Translations under genes and position numbers: made by a program
The notes under the pieces: generated by a model
Database searches by the model: none
Seen by the model: the letters and a program-made list of their open reading frames with translations, nothing else
What the model was told of the DNA's origin: nothing
Assembly (NCBI GenBank): GCA_965237675.1
Contig: OZ250150.1
Coordinates: 1,760,001 to 1,824,000 of the forward strand
DNA from: Candidatus Latescibacterota bacterium
Lineage (GTDB): Bacteria > Latescibacterota > UBA2968 > GCA-2709665
Direction of reading: 5' to 3'
DNA: 64,000 nucleotides
Shown here: in pieces, positions 43,577 to 51,856 of the stretch
How positions within the stretch are numbered: position 1 is the first letter of the stretch
Layout of the letters: each line of letters starts with the position of its first letter

Positions 43577-44014
43577 ATGAAAATCTCCACCATCGGCTTT
43601 ACGAAAAAGCCCGCGCGCCGTTTCTTTGACTTGCTGATGCAGTCAGACGCCAGACGTGTCGTTGATGTGAGGCTCAACAATGGGTCGCAACTGGCCGGTT
43701 TTGCGAAGAAGGAAGACCTCGCGTTTTTCTTGGGCGAGCTCTGCGGGATGGAGTACATTCACCTGCCCGCGCTGGCCCCGACGAAGGAGTTGCTGGACGA
43801 CTACAGGAAACGGCGTTGTAAATGGGCAGCCTACGAGGATCGCTTCATTGCGCTTATGCGCGAGCGGCGAATTGAGGCGACGGTTCCGAAAGAGATTGTC
43901 GCCGACGGATGCCTGCTGTGCAGCGAGGACAAGCCGCACCGATGCCATCGGCGGCTCGTAGCCGAGTATCTGAAACAGCATTGGGACAACGTGGAAATCG
44001 AACATCTTGGATGA
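43577..44014 (+). CDS. DUF488 family protein
   Basis: 'ISTIGFT', 'VDVRLNN.SQLAGFAK', 'LAPT', 'CLLCSE...CHR'. Confidence 0.85.
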   Translation: MKISTIGFTKKPARRFFDLLMQSDARRVVDVRLNNGSQLAGFAKKEDLAFFLGELCGMEYIHLPALAPTKELLDDYRKRRCKWAAYEDRFIALMRERRIEATVPKEIVADGCLLCSEDKPHRCHRRLVAEYLKQHWDNVEIEHLG

Positions 44015-44026
44015 GGGAAAACGATA

Positions 44027-47000
44027 ATGGCCGTAACCAACCGTGAACGCGTCGAAAAGGCGCTTGATCTACTCAAGGCGGGATTGGGTCCATTCGTCGA
44101 TCGCGAAGTCAAGAATGCAATTAAAGCAAAGCGATTGGATGAATACGGCTTCTACAATTTTCCCGAGGACCCGACGCTCAAGGGCAAACCTGTCGACGGG
44201 TGGGACGCTGCCGCGCTGCTGAAGTTGATGTGGGCCATTTGGAACGACGTCTTCAAGTACACGCTCGGGCACACCGAGCGTAGCCTTGTCTCTGAACTGC
44301 GCGATTGGCGCAACAAGTGGGCGCACCAACACCACTTTTCCAGCGACGATACGGATAGAGCCCTCGACTCCGCAGAGCGGTTGCTCACGGCAGTCTCGGC
44401 GTCGCAGGCGGACGAGGTCAATCGCATGAAGATGGAGCTTCGCCGCCTGGTGATGGATGAACAGGTGCGGGGAGAAAAACGCAGGGCTGTGGGCGGGCTC
44501 ATTGAATCCGCCAGCGCAGGCGTTCTGAAACCATGGCGAGAGGTGGTTATGCCGCACGCCGACGTGGCCACCGGCGGGTATCAGCAGGCGGAGTTCGCGG
44601 CGGATTTGTGGCAGGTTCATCTCGGAGAGGGTTCGGACGAGTATCGTGATCCGCGGGAGTTTTTCCGTCGGACGTACCTCACCGAAAGTCTGAGACGTCT
44701 GCTGGAGGGCGCGGCGAGGAGGCTGGCCGGCAAGGGAAGTGACCCCGTGGTGCAGTTGCAGACAAATTTCGGCGGTGGGAAGACGCACTCCATGTTGGCG
44801 CTGTACCACCTGTTTTCCGGCATTGCGCCGGGAAAACTCGAGGGAATGGACGAGGTGCTGGCGGGAACGGCAGTCGATACGCTCCCGGCCGTACGGCGCG
44901 TGGTGCTTGTTGGCAACCGCATCTCCCCTGGCAATCCGGTGGAAAAACCGGACGGGACCGTGGTGCGCACTTTATGGGGCGAACTTGCGTACCAACTTGG
45001 CGGGCGGGATGCGTTCGAGCGGGTCCGCGCCGACGACGAACAGGCGACGAATCCCGGTGATGTGTTGCGCGAGCTTTTCAACGAATACGGACCTTGCGTG
45101 GTGCTCATCGATGAGTGGGTGTCGTACGCGCGACAGCTCCACGATGAGGGAGATCTGCCCGGCGGCAGTTTTGAGACGCAGTTCACCTTTGCGCAGGCGC
45201 TAACCGAATCGGCGAAACTTACGGGCAACTGCCTGCTGGTGATTTCGCTTCCGGCTTCGGACACGTCCGATTCGAGTTCGCCGCACACAGAGGCTGACGA
45301 TGCGGAGGTGGGCGGCATACGGGGTCGTAGCGCGCTGGACCGGTTGCGCAATGTACTCGGCCGGGTGGACTCACCCTGGCGGCCGGCGAGCGCAGAGGAG
45401 AGCTTCGAGATCGTGCGGCGGCGGCTGTTCGAACCGCTCGCGGGGACGGACGCCTTCAAACAACGCGATTTAACCGTGCAGGCTTTTGGGGAACTTTACC
45501 GCTCTCAACAGGTGGAGTTTCCCGTCGATTGTCGCACCATGGAATACCAGCGCCGCGTTCAGGCCGCATACCCGATTCATCCGGAGATCTTTGACCGGCT
45601 CTACACGGACTGGTCCTCGCTTGCCAGGTTCCAGCGCACCCGCGGCGTGTTGCGACTGATGGCTTCGGTGATCCACAGCCTGTGGGAGCGTGGAGACCGC
45701 AATCCGATGATTCTCCCGTCCACCATCCCCATTGACGACCAGCGGGTGCAGAACGAGTTGACACGGTATTTGCCGGAAAACTGGACGCCCGTCATTGAAA
45801 AGGACGTTGACGGTCCCGGCGCCTTACCCCTCAGGATCGACGCCGAGGCACCGAACCTCGGCAAACTCTCTGCGGCGCGGCGTGTGGCGCGCACCGTTTA
45901 TCTCGGGTCCGCGCCGACCTCCGCTGCGGCCCACCGGGGTGTCGATGATGCCCGTGTCAAGCTCGGGTGCGTGATGCCGGGTGAGACGCCAGCCATTTTC
46001 GGCGATGCGCTGCGCCGGTTGGCGGCGGCGGCGACCTATCTCTACCAGGACGGTGCCCGGGTGTGGTATGCGACGCAGCCCACCGTCACCAAGCTCGCCG
46101 AAGACCGCGCCGAGCAGTTGAGGGGGCAGCCCGACGAGGTGGCGGCGGAACTGGAAAAGCGACTCAAAACGGACTTGCGCGCGGCGGGAGACTTCGAGCG
46201 AATCCATCCACTGCCCCGTTCAGGGGCGGACGTACCCGACGACCTCGATGCGCGGCTCGTGGTGCTTTCGGCGGAGCAACCCTATTGGAAAGAGCCGGAC
46301 AACGCGGCCCAGGTGGCCGCAAAAGACATCCTCGAAATGCGCGGCAACACGCCCAGGCTCTACCGGAACACGTTGGTATTCCTCGCGGTGGACAGGGTGC
46401 GATGGCAGGACCTGGACGAAGCCCTGCGCAGGTACCTGGCGTGGGAGTCGATCCTCGAGGACAGAGTCGAACTCAATCTGGATCCACACCAAGCCCGCCA
46501 GGCCGAAAACCAGAAGAACGCGGCCAACGACACGGTCACGGCGCGCCTTCCAGAGGCGTATCAGTGGCTGCTGGCGCCGGAGCAGTCTAACCCAAAGTCG
46601 GCGCTGTCATGGAATGCCATCCGACTCACCGCCTCCGGGGGGCTCGCCGAACGGGCTTCCAGGCGACTGCGCAATGATGAGATGCTGATTTCCACGCTCG
46701 GGGCCACGATTCTTCGGAAACACCTCGACGACGTGCCGCTCTGGCGCGGCGACCACGTGGAAGTCCGGCAACTCGTCCAGGACTTCGGGCAGTTCCTGTA
46801 CCTTCCGCGGCTCGCGGGCCCGGACGTGCTTGTACGTGCGATCCAGGATGGTGTGGGATTGATAACCTGGAAACTGGATAGCTTCGCCTTTGCCGAAAGC
46901 TATAACGAAGCCGTTAGTCGTTATCTTGGGCTGCGGGCACCCGGTTCCGTCTCTGTTTCGCCCGAGAGCAGGGCGCTTGTCGTGAAACCGTTGGTTGCCG

Positions 47001-47353
47001 GAAAGCAGTTGGAAGTGGAGCAGGCTCCAAGCCCCGGAGAAGAGGCTCCAGGCGAGCCCGGGGAGGAAGTTCCAGGCGAAGACGCACCCCCGGAACAGCC
47101 GGAGCCACCCGAGGTGAAACCACGCCGGTACCATGGCGCGGTGACGCTGGACGCCCAAAGGGTGGGTCGCGACGCCAGCCAGATCGCCGACGAGGTAATC
47201 GCGCATCTGTCGGGGATCGTAGGCGCGGATGTGACGGTTACGCTGGAGATCCACGCGGAAATACCCGACGGGGCTCCGGAAACTGTGGTGCGGACGGTCA
47301 CGGAGAACAGCCAGACGCTTAAGTTCGAGAGCCACGGGTTCGAGGAATCGTAG
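44027..47353 (+). CDS. Swt1-like HEPN + DUF499 AAA+ ATPase (restriction-like system subunit)
   Basis: HEPN Rx4H 'RNKWAH', 'PWREV..PH', Walker A 'TNFGGGKTH', Walker B 'VLIDEW', 'AYPIHP', C-terminal 'RTVTEN..TLKF'. Confidence 0.92.
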   Translation: MAVTNRERVEKALDLLKAGLGPFVDREVKNAIKAKRLDEYGFYNFPEDPTLKGKPVDGWDAAALLKLMWAIWNDVFKYTLGHTERSLVSELRDWRNKWAHQHHFSSDDTDRALDSAERLLTAVSASQADEVNRMKMELRRLVMDEQVRGEKRRAVGGLIESASAGVLKPWREVVMPHADVATGGYQQAEFAADLWQVHLGEGSDEYRDPREFFRRTYLTESLRRLLEGAARRLAGKGSDPVVQLQTNFGGGKTHSMLALYHLFSGIAPGKLEGMDEVLAGTAVDTLPAVRRVVLVGNRISPGNPVEKPDGTVVRTLWGELAYQLGGRDAFERVRADDEQATNPGDVLRELFNEYGPCVVLIDEWVSYARQLHDEGDLPGGSFETQFTFAQALTESAKLTGNCLLVISLPASDTSDSSSPHTEADDAEVGGIRGRSALDRLRNVLGRVDSPWRPASAEESFEIVRRRLFEPLAGTDAFKQRDLTVQAFGELYRSQQVEFPVDCRTMEYQRRVQAAYPIHPEIFDRLYTDWSSLARFQRTRGVLRLMASVIHSLWERGDRNPMILPSTIPIDDQRVQNELTRYLPENWTPVIEKDVDGPGALPLRIDAEAPNLGKLSAARRVARTVYLGSAPTSAAAHRGVDDARVKLGCVMPGETPAIFGDALRRLAAAATYLYQDGARVWYATQPTVTKLAEDRAEQLRGQPDEVAAELEKRLKTDLRAAGDFERIHPLPRSGADVPDDLDARLVVLSAEQPYWKEPDNAAQVAAKDILEMRGNTPRLYRNTLVFLAVDRVRWQDLDEALRRYLAWESILEDRVELNLDPHQARQAENQKNAANDTVTARLPEAYQWLLAPEQSNPKSALSWNAIRLTASGGLAERASRRLRNDEMLISTLGATILRKHLDDVPLWRGDHVEVRQLVQDFGQFLYLPRLAGPDVLVRAIQDGVGLITWKLDSFAFAESYNEAVSRYLGLRAPGSVSVSPESRALVVKPLVAGKQLEVEQAPSPGEEAPGEPGEEVPGEDAPPEQPEPPEVKPRRYHGAVTLDAQRVGRDASQIADEVIAHLSGIVGADVTVTLEIHAEIPDGAPETVVRTVTENSQTLKFESHGFEES

Positions 47354-47430
47354 CTAAAGCCCGACAATACTGGCCGATCGTCCGCCCATCCGGGACGATT
47401 GCAGCAGAACCCAGCCAATTCGACCTGATA

Positions 47431-47705
47431 AGGGAACGCACGTGGAGTTCGCACCAGGCCAAATCAGCGCACTCACCTCCTTCTCTGAATTGGTGTTGGA
47501 CGTAATTGAACGCGTCAAGTGCGATTAACTGGGAGCGAGGGCATCCTGCCCTCGACACATAGGGCGGGGCACCCGTGGCCGCTGGGTATTGCGGCGTTAC
47601 CCCCTTATATTCTTTTTAAAGAGAGAACGCACTTGCTGATCGCTTCGTGCCAAATCAGCGCACTCACCTCCTTCTCCGAACTGGTGGCGGATGCAATGGA
47701 ACGCA
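47431..47705. repeat. Right-flank repeat array (two ~190-bp units plus a REP) homologous to the RAYT-proximal array
   Basis: GAACGCACGTGGAGTTCGC...GCCAAATCARCGCACTCACCTC shared by 21156 and 47434, with a more diverged copy at 47625; REP GGGAGCGAGGGCATCCTGCCCTCGACACATAGGGCG at 47531. Confidence 0.85.
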
Positions 47706-47720
47706 AAAAGGAGGAAATTC

Positions 47721-47963
47721 ATGACTGGGCAAGGTTCGGGCGGCAATGTCCTTGCAGCTTTGTGTAGTCTTCTTGTACCCGGTTTGGGCCAGTTGCTTCA
47801 ATGACGTTTCCTAATGGCCCCCATCCAATTTTTCCTGGCGGCCGTACTGTGGTTTATCCTGATGGGCTGGGTGATCCACCTCTGGTCGGTTCTGGACGCA
47901 GCCCGGTGGAAGCCAGTAGACAAACCGACTTCTGCGAGCGGCCAGGGCAACGGCGGGGGTTGA
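47721..47963 (+). pseudogene. Small membrane protein interrupted by an in-frame TGA
   Basis: AAGGAGG RBS; reads MTGQGSGGNVLAALCSLLVPGLGQLLQ*RFLMAPIQFFLAAVLWFILMGWVIHLWSVLDAARWKP; TGA at 47802 sits where 'QGR' is expected. Confidence 0.6.
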
Positions 47964-48070
47964 ACGCTCGCCGTTCGGGGAGCGGGCTGGGTTAGAGGCG
48001 CAGGTCAATGTGGTCCCCCTACGCGACTATTCGATGCCGGGTTCGAGGATTCGTAAAAAAGCCAGGGACA

Positions 48071-48175
48071 ATGCGGGCGGGACGCCCGCGCCCCCAGGAA
48101 GTGTTCGGGCGGTACCGAGCGATAGTCGAGGGCAGGATGCCCTCGGTCCCAGGGTTCCCATGTCCGGTGTGACGT
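48071..48175. repeat. Two REP copies
   Basis: GCGGGCGGGACGCCCGCGCCCCCAGG (48073-48098); TCGAGGGCAGGATGCCCTCGGTCCCAGGGTTC...GTCCGGTGTGACG (48126-48174) nearly identical to 21325-21373. Confidence 0.85.
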
Positions 48176-48262
48176 TTTTGAGCCAATACCACCCCACCCT
48201 GGGGAGTTCACGCGAAACGATTAGGTCGAGTCATTGAATGACCCGCCACGAATACACACCGA

Positions 48263-48391
48263 ATTTTGATCGAACTCACCGGTCCGCGCACAACGGCTGA
48301 TGTTGAATTTGCGATGACGCCCGGCGTGCGCGGACACAGGCGTCTCATTGTTGCGCTCGAGGAGGTATTCGAGCCGAACGGAGGAGGTTGA
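48263..48391 (+). pseudogene. Possible degenerate C-terminal fragment of a LUD-domain (LutC/YkgG-like) gene
   Basis: Translates 'ELTGPRTTADVEFAMTPGVRGHRRLIVAL', resembling the LUD motif ITGPSRTADIE...GVHGP; no start codon in frame. Confidence 0.4.
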
Positions 48392-48394
48392 ATC

Positions 48395-51300
48395 ATGGCA
48401 TTATCACCTGCGATTCAGGAGACGGATCTGGGGAACGGGGTATGTATTTCGGCGCCGGCGGGGGATTCCTACCAGGAAGCGGCCGGGCGTCTGAAGGGGA
48501 CGCTGGAGGACACACTTTCGGCACGTGTGGACGTGCTGCCGGACGGGAAGCTGGATGCAGACGGCCGGCACGTGATCGCCCTGGGGAATATGATGGACAG
48601 CGCGTTCCTGCGCACGCTCTACTTCCGGGCCTACGATCTGACCGACCGGGTGTGGCCGGGTCCGGGTGGGTGGGTGGTGCGTACGGCGCCTCATTCATTG
48701 GCCGACGTGGGACAGGTTGTCGTGGCGGGCGCAAGCAGCGCGGAGGACATACGCGATGCGGCCGGAGCGCTGGCTGGTGCGATCGCGAAAAATGGTCCTA
48801 TACTGCCGTTCCAATACGAGGTGCATCCGGGGCGGTGGTCGGACCTGTATGTAAAGCCGGCGCGCGAGTTGCTGGCCAAGAGTCACCGGGACATCGAGCA
48901 GGAATCCATTGGCGGCGGATCGGGCGACTGGACCTATATGATGGTAGTGGCCGATATCGGGATGCTCGCCGTGCAGACCGGAAACGAAGTGCTGATGTCG
49001 ATGTTCTGCCATCAGATCTGCCACTTCGCCCGCACCCGCTGGTTCGAGCGGAAGCTTGAGGACCCCACGCTGATCCACGGGTTCATTCGGGTGCTGCTGC
49101 TGCCGTTCACGATTCTGGAAAACCACCCCTCGCTTCCCGCCGCTCAGAGGGAGGAGACGCTGGAGGCGCTTCTGGGACTCTTCAGATCCGCGGAAGGGGC
49201 CGGCAATACAGGCCTTCTGAGCTGCGTGGGAGTGGACCGGGTACGCCAGAACCACCAGACACGTTCCGCGCTGGACCTTTTCTACGGTGGCCGGTATTTT
49301 CACCAGGTGCACGGACTCGCCGAGGGCCTGGCGTGGATGAAGTTGGCCGAGGTCTTCTTTGCACCACAGATGGCTTCGAACAAGCCCGTGTGCGACTCTT
49401 GGGGACATCAGTGGGGGGCTTCGCTGTTCAACACGGCGGACTATGCGCTGGCCGCGGGGAAGACGGACTACTTTTCGAGCCGGCCCTACCTGGAGGGCGT
49501 GGACCGGGCGCTTCTCGCACACAGTAACCTGGAACGCGGCCCCGAACAATACTGCCGCATGGCCGCGGCGGTAACGGGCAACAACGAGTACCTGCAGCTT
49601 TGTGAATCCATCGATGAAGGCGCGGTGGCGGAACGGACCATTCGAGGGGCCGAAGAGCCTCTGCGGACATGGGTGACGGGAAGGCGGGCGGCGGCGCCCG
49701 AACGGCTGGGTCAGGTCGGCGTGGCCCCCCTTTCGCGGTTGTTCTACGATTCGATCGAAGACTATACCACATTTGCGCCGGAGAATGGCGTATATCTGCG
49801 GAATTTGCCCTACGAACGGACGTTTGACAAGGTGTACTTCCGATTCGGATGGACGGATCAGGACGATTACCTGCTGCTGGACGGGATCTCGGGAGGCTCG
49901 CACTCCTACCAGGACGGCAACTGTATTGTGCGTTACACCAGCCGGGGCGCGTCCTGGTTCAAGAGTTCCGGTGGCAATGCGCCGGCAACCGTTCGGGACT
50001 ACACGGGGGTGAGTCTTGCGGTTGACGGCGCCGGACCGGGGTGCGAGTCCAGGTACGCGGCGCTGCGGTATCTTGAAGAAGGCGAGTCGCTTTCCGTGGC
50101 CGGCACTTCGATGACCTATCCCGAACAGGGGGACTGGTATCGGCATATCGTGTCCAGCCGCGACGGGTGGTTTCTGGTGGTTGACGAGGTCTGGCCTTCC
50201 GTGGCGGGAGAGTTTCTCGTGGAGTGCCGTTGGCACCTTCTGGGTGATGCGGCCCTTTCCGATGGGTTGTTGCATTCGGTTCAGGGCGATGCGCAATTGA
50301 GCATGCGCCACGTGGGAAGCGGTCGCCAGGAATTGGTGGCATCGGACTATTGGTGCGTAGACGACCACTCACGGTGGATCCAGCGGTCGGTGACAACGCT
50401 TCAGCCGGGCGCAGGGATCCGGTTCGGGACGCTTTTCTGGACCGACCCGGTCGGTGATGGCAGGGATTTCAGTCTGGTCGAGGAGGAAACCGGCTTTCGG
50501 ATCGAGGGTGGGGGCGAGCCCGTCGCGGTTGTACTCACGGAGACCATTGAGGCCCCGGAGGTCACGGCCTCGGGCGCGACGCTGCCCACAGCCGGCCGAA
50601 ATGTCGATGCGTCCGATTCCACGCCTTTTCAAACTTCCGGCAGCGAAGCCACGCCCGTATGGCGTACACGCTGTGCGGATGCCGTGACGGCGCTGGACAT
50701 CGGGACGGAAAGAGGGTTCGGCGGCGACAGCGGCGGGGTGACCGCGTTCAATCCCGACGGAGACGTACTCTGGAAACGAGAGATCGAAGGCGGCGTCCGG
50801 GCGCTCGCGGGCCTGAATGACGGCGGCGCGGCAGCAGGCGGCGACGGGGAGACCGTGTACCGGCTGGATGCTTCCGGAGATACGGTCTGGTCGTATCGGA
50901 TCCGGTGGCAGCCGATGAACTGGGATAGCTGGTCCAGGAAGAATTGTGTGGTACTGAGCCTGGCAACCGGCGATATCGACGGGGATGGCCGGGAGGAGAT
51001 TCTGGTGGGATGCGCGGATCGTCACGTTTACGCTTTCGACGCCGGGGGCAACCTGTTGTGGCGTTCCCCTTGCCAATGGGGTCCGCCGGTTTGTCTGGAA
51101 ACCGCGCGCCTGACGGAGGGTACGGAGCAGCAGACGCTGGCCGGCCTGGCAGACCCGGCCATTCACGCGCACACGCTGGTTTTCGGGAAGGACGGGAAGC
51201 TGGCGCGGACCCTGCAGCGCCCGGACATCGTCAGTTGGTCGATTCCTTCGTGGTCCCGCTGCCTGCGGGTGGCGGACGTGGACGGGGACGGCCGGGACGA

Positions 51301-51709
51301 GGTGATCAGCGGGGTGGATACGAATCACCGGCAGTTGATTGTATACGGGCGGGACGGCGAGGTGGTCTGGGACGCGGACCTGGGAGGCGCCGTGCTCGCG
51401 GCGGAGGTCTTTGACGGACGCGTGTTTGCAGGCGCGTCGAACGGATTCGTGCAGTGTTTCGGCGCCGGAGGAAGCCGGTTGTGGCGCCGGCTTCTGGTCG
51501 AGCCGGTGGCCGGCCTGGCGCCGAATGAGAATGGCGGGTGTCTGGCGGTCCTGCGCGGCGGAACGGTGGTGTGCCTTGACGGTTCGGGCGCGATTCAGTC
51601 GATGAACACGGGAACGTCGGAAACGACAGCGGCGGAGTGGGCGTCTCCGTGGGCAGCCCAGGGTCTGCTAATGGGCAGAAAGGATGGAGCGATAGAGCTC
51701 TACCGATAG
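48395..51709 (+). CDS. Putative polysaccharide lyase with C-terminal FG-GAP/PQQ-like beta-propeller; paralogue 2 of 5
   Basis: GGAGG RBS; 'RQNHQT', 'FDKVYFRFGW...YLLLDGISGGSHSYQDGN', DxDGDG repeats; no signal peptide. Confidence 0.8.
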   Translation: MALSPAIQETDLGNGVCISAPAGDSYQEAAGRLKGTLEDTLSARVDVLPDGKLDADGRHVIALGNMMDSAFLRTLYFRAYDLTDRVWPGPGGWVVRTAPHSLADVGQVVVAGASSAEDIRDAAGALAGAIAKNGPILPFQYEVHPGRWSDLYVKPARELLAKSHRDIEQESIGGGSGDWTYMMVVADIGMLAVQTGNEVLMSMFCHQICHFARTRWFERKLEDPTLIHGFIRVLLLPFTILENHPSLPAAQREETLEALLGLFRSAEGAGNTGLLSCVGVDRVRQNHQTRSALDLFYGGRYFHQVHGLAEGLAWMKLAEVFFAPQMASNKPVCDSWGHQWGASLFNTADYALAAGKTDYFSSRPYLEGVDRALLAHSNLERGPEQYCRMAAAVTGNNEYLQLCESIDEGAVAERTIRGAEEPLRTWVTGRRAAAPERLGQVGVAPLSRLFYDSIEDYTTFAPENGVYLRNLPYERTFDKVYFRFGWTDQDDYLLLDGISGGSHSYQDGNCIVRYTSRGASWFKSSGGNAPATVRDYTGVSLAVDGAGPGCESRYAALRYLEEGESLSVAGTSMTYPEQGDWYRHIVSSRDGWFLVVDEVWPSVAGEFLVECRWHLLGDAALSDGLLHSVQGDAQLSMRHVGSGRQELVASDYWCVDDHSRWIQRSVTTLQPGAGIRFGTLFWTDPVGDGRDFSLVEEETGFRIEGGGEPVAVVLTETIEAPEVTASGATLPTAGRNVDASDSTPFQTSGSEATPVWRTRCADAVTALDIGTERGFGGDSGGVTAFNPDGDVLWKREIEGGVRALAGLNDGGAAAGGDGETVYRLDASGDTVWSYRIRWQPMNWDSWSRKNCVVLSLATGDIDGDGREEILVGCADRHVYAFDAGGNLLWRSPCQWGPPVCLETARLTEGTEQQTLAGLADPAIHAHTLVFGKDGKLARTLQRPDIVSWSIPSWSRCLRVADVDGDGRDEVISGVDTNHRQLIVYGRDGEVVWDADLGGAVLAAEVFDGRVFAGASNGFVQCFGAGGSRLWRRLLVEPVAGLAPNENGGCLAVLRGGTVVCLDGSGAIQSMNTGTSETTAAEWASPWAAQGLLMGRKDGAIELYR

Positions 51710-51856
51710 CCGTATTGGGGGTACCTCGCGGGGCGTAGTCAACCGGGAAACTGACGAAACAGCCGGCCGATCCCGAGACAGAAGATTCGGCCCGGCTGTG
51801 GCTTACCAATCCCTTTTCAAATCGGAGCCCTCCGGGCGCGCGTAAAGGAGTACGAT

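Noticed and set aside
47025-47115. PGEE-type repeats in the DUF499 gene as a tandem-repeat element
   Set aside because: This is a low-complexity Pro/Glu linker before the C-terminal domain, in frame and degenerate at DNA level.
47802-47804. In-frame TGA at an expected Gly as evidence of stop-codon reassignment or selenocysteine
   Set aside because: Many intact genes here end in TGA and no SECIS-like context was recognised; a single GGA-to-TGA nonsense change is simpler.
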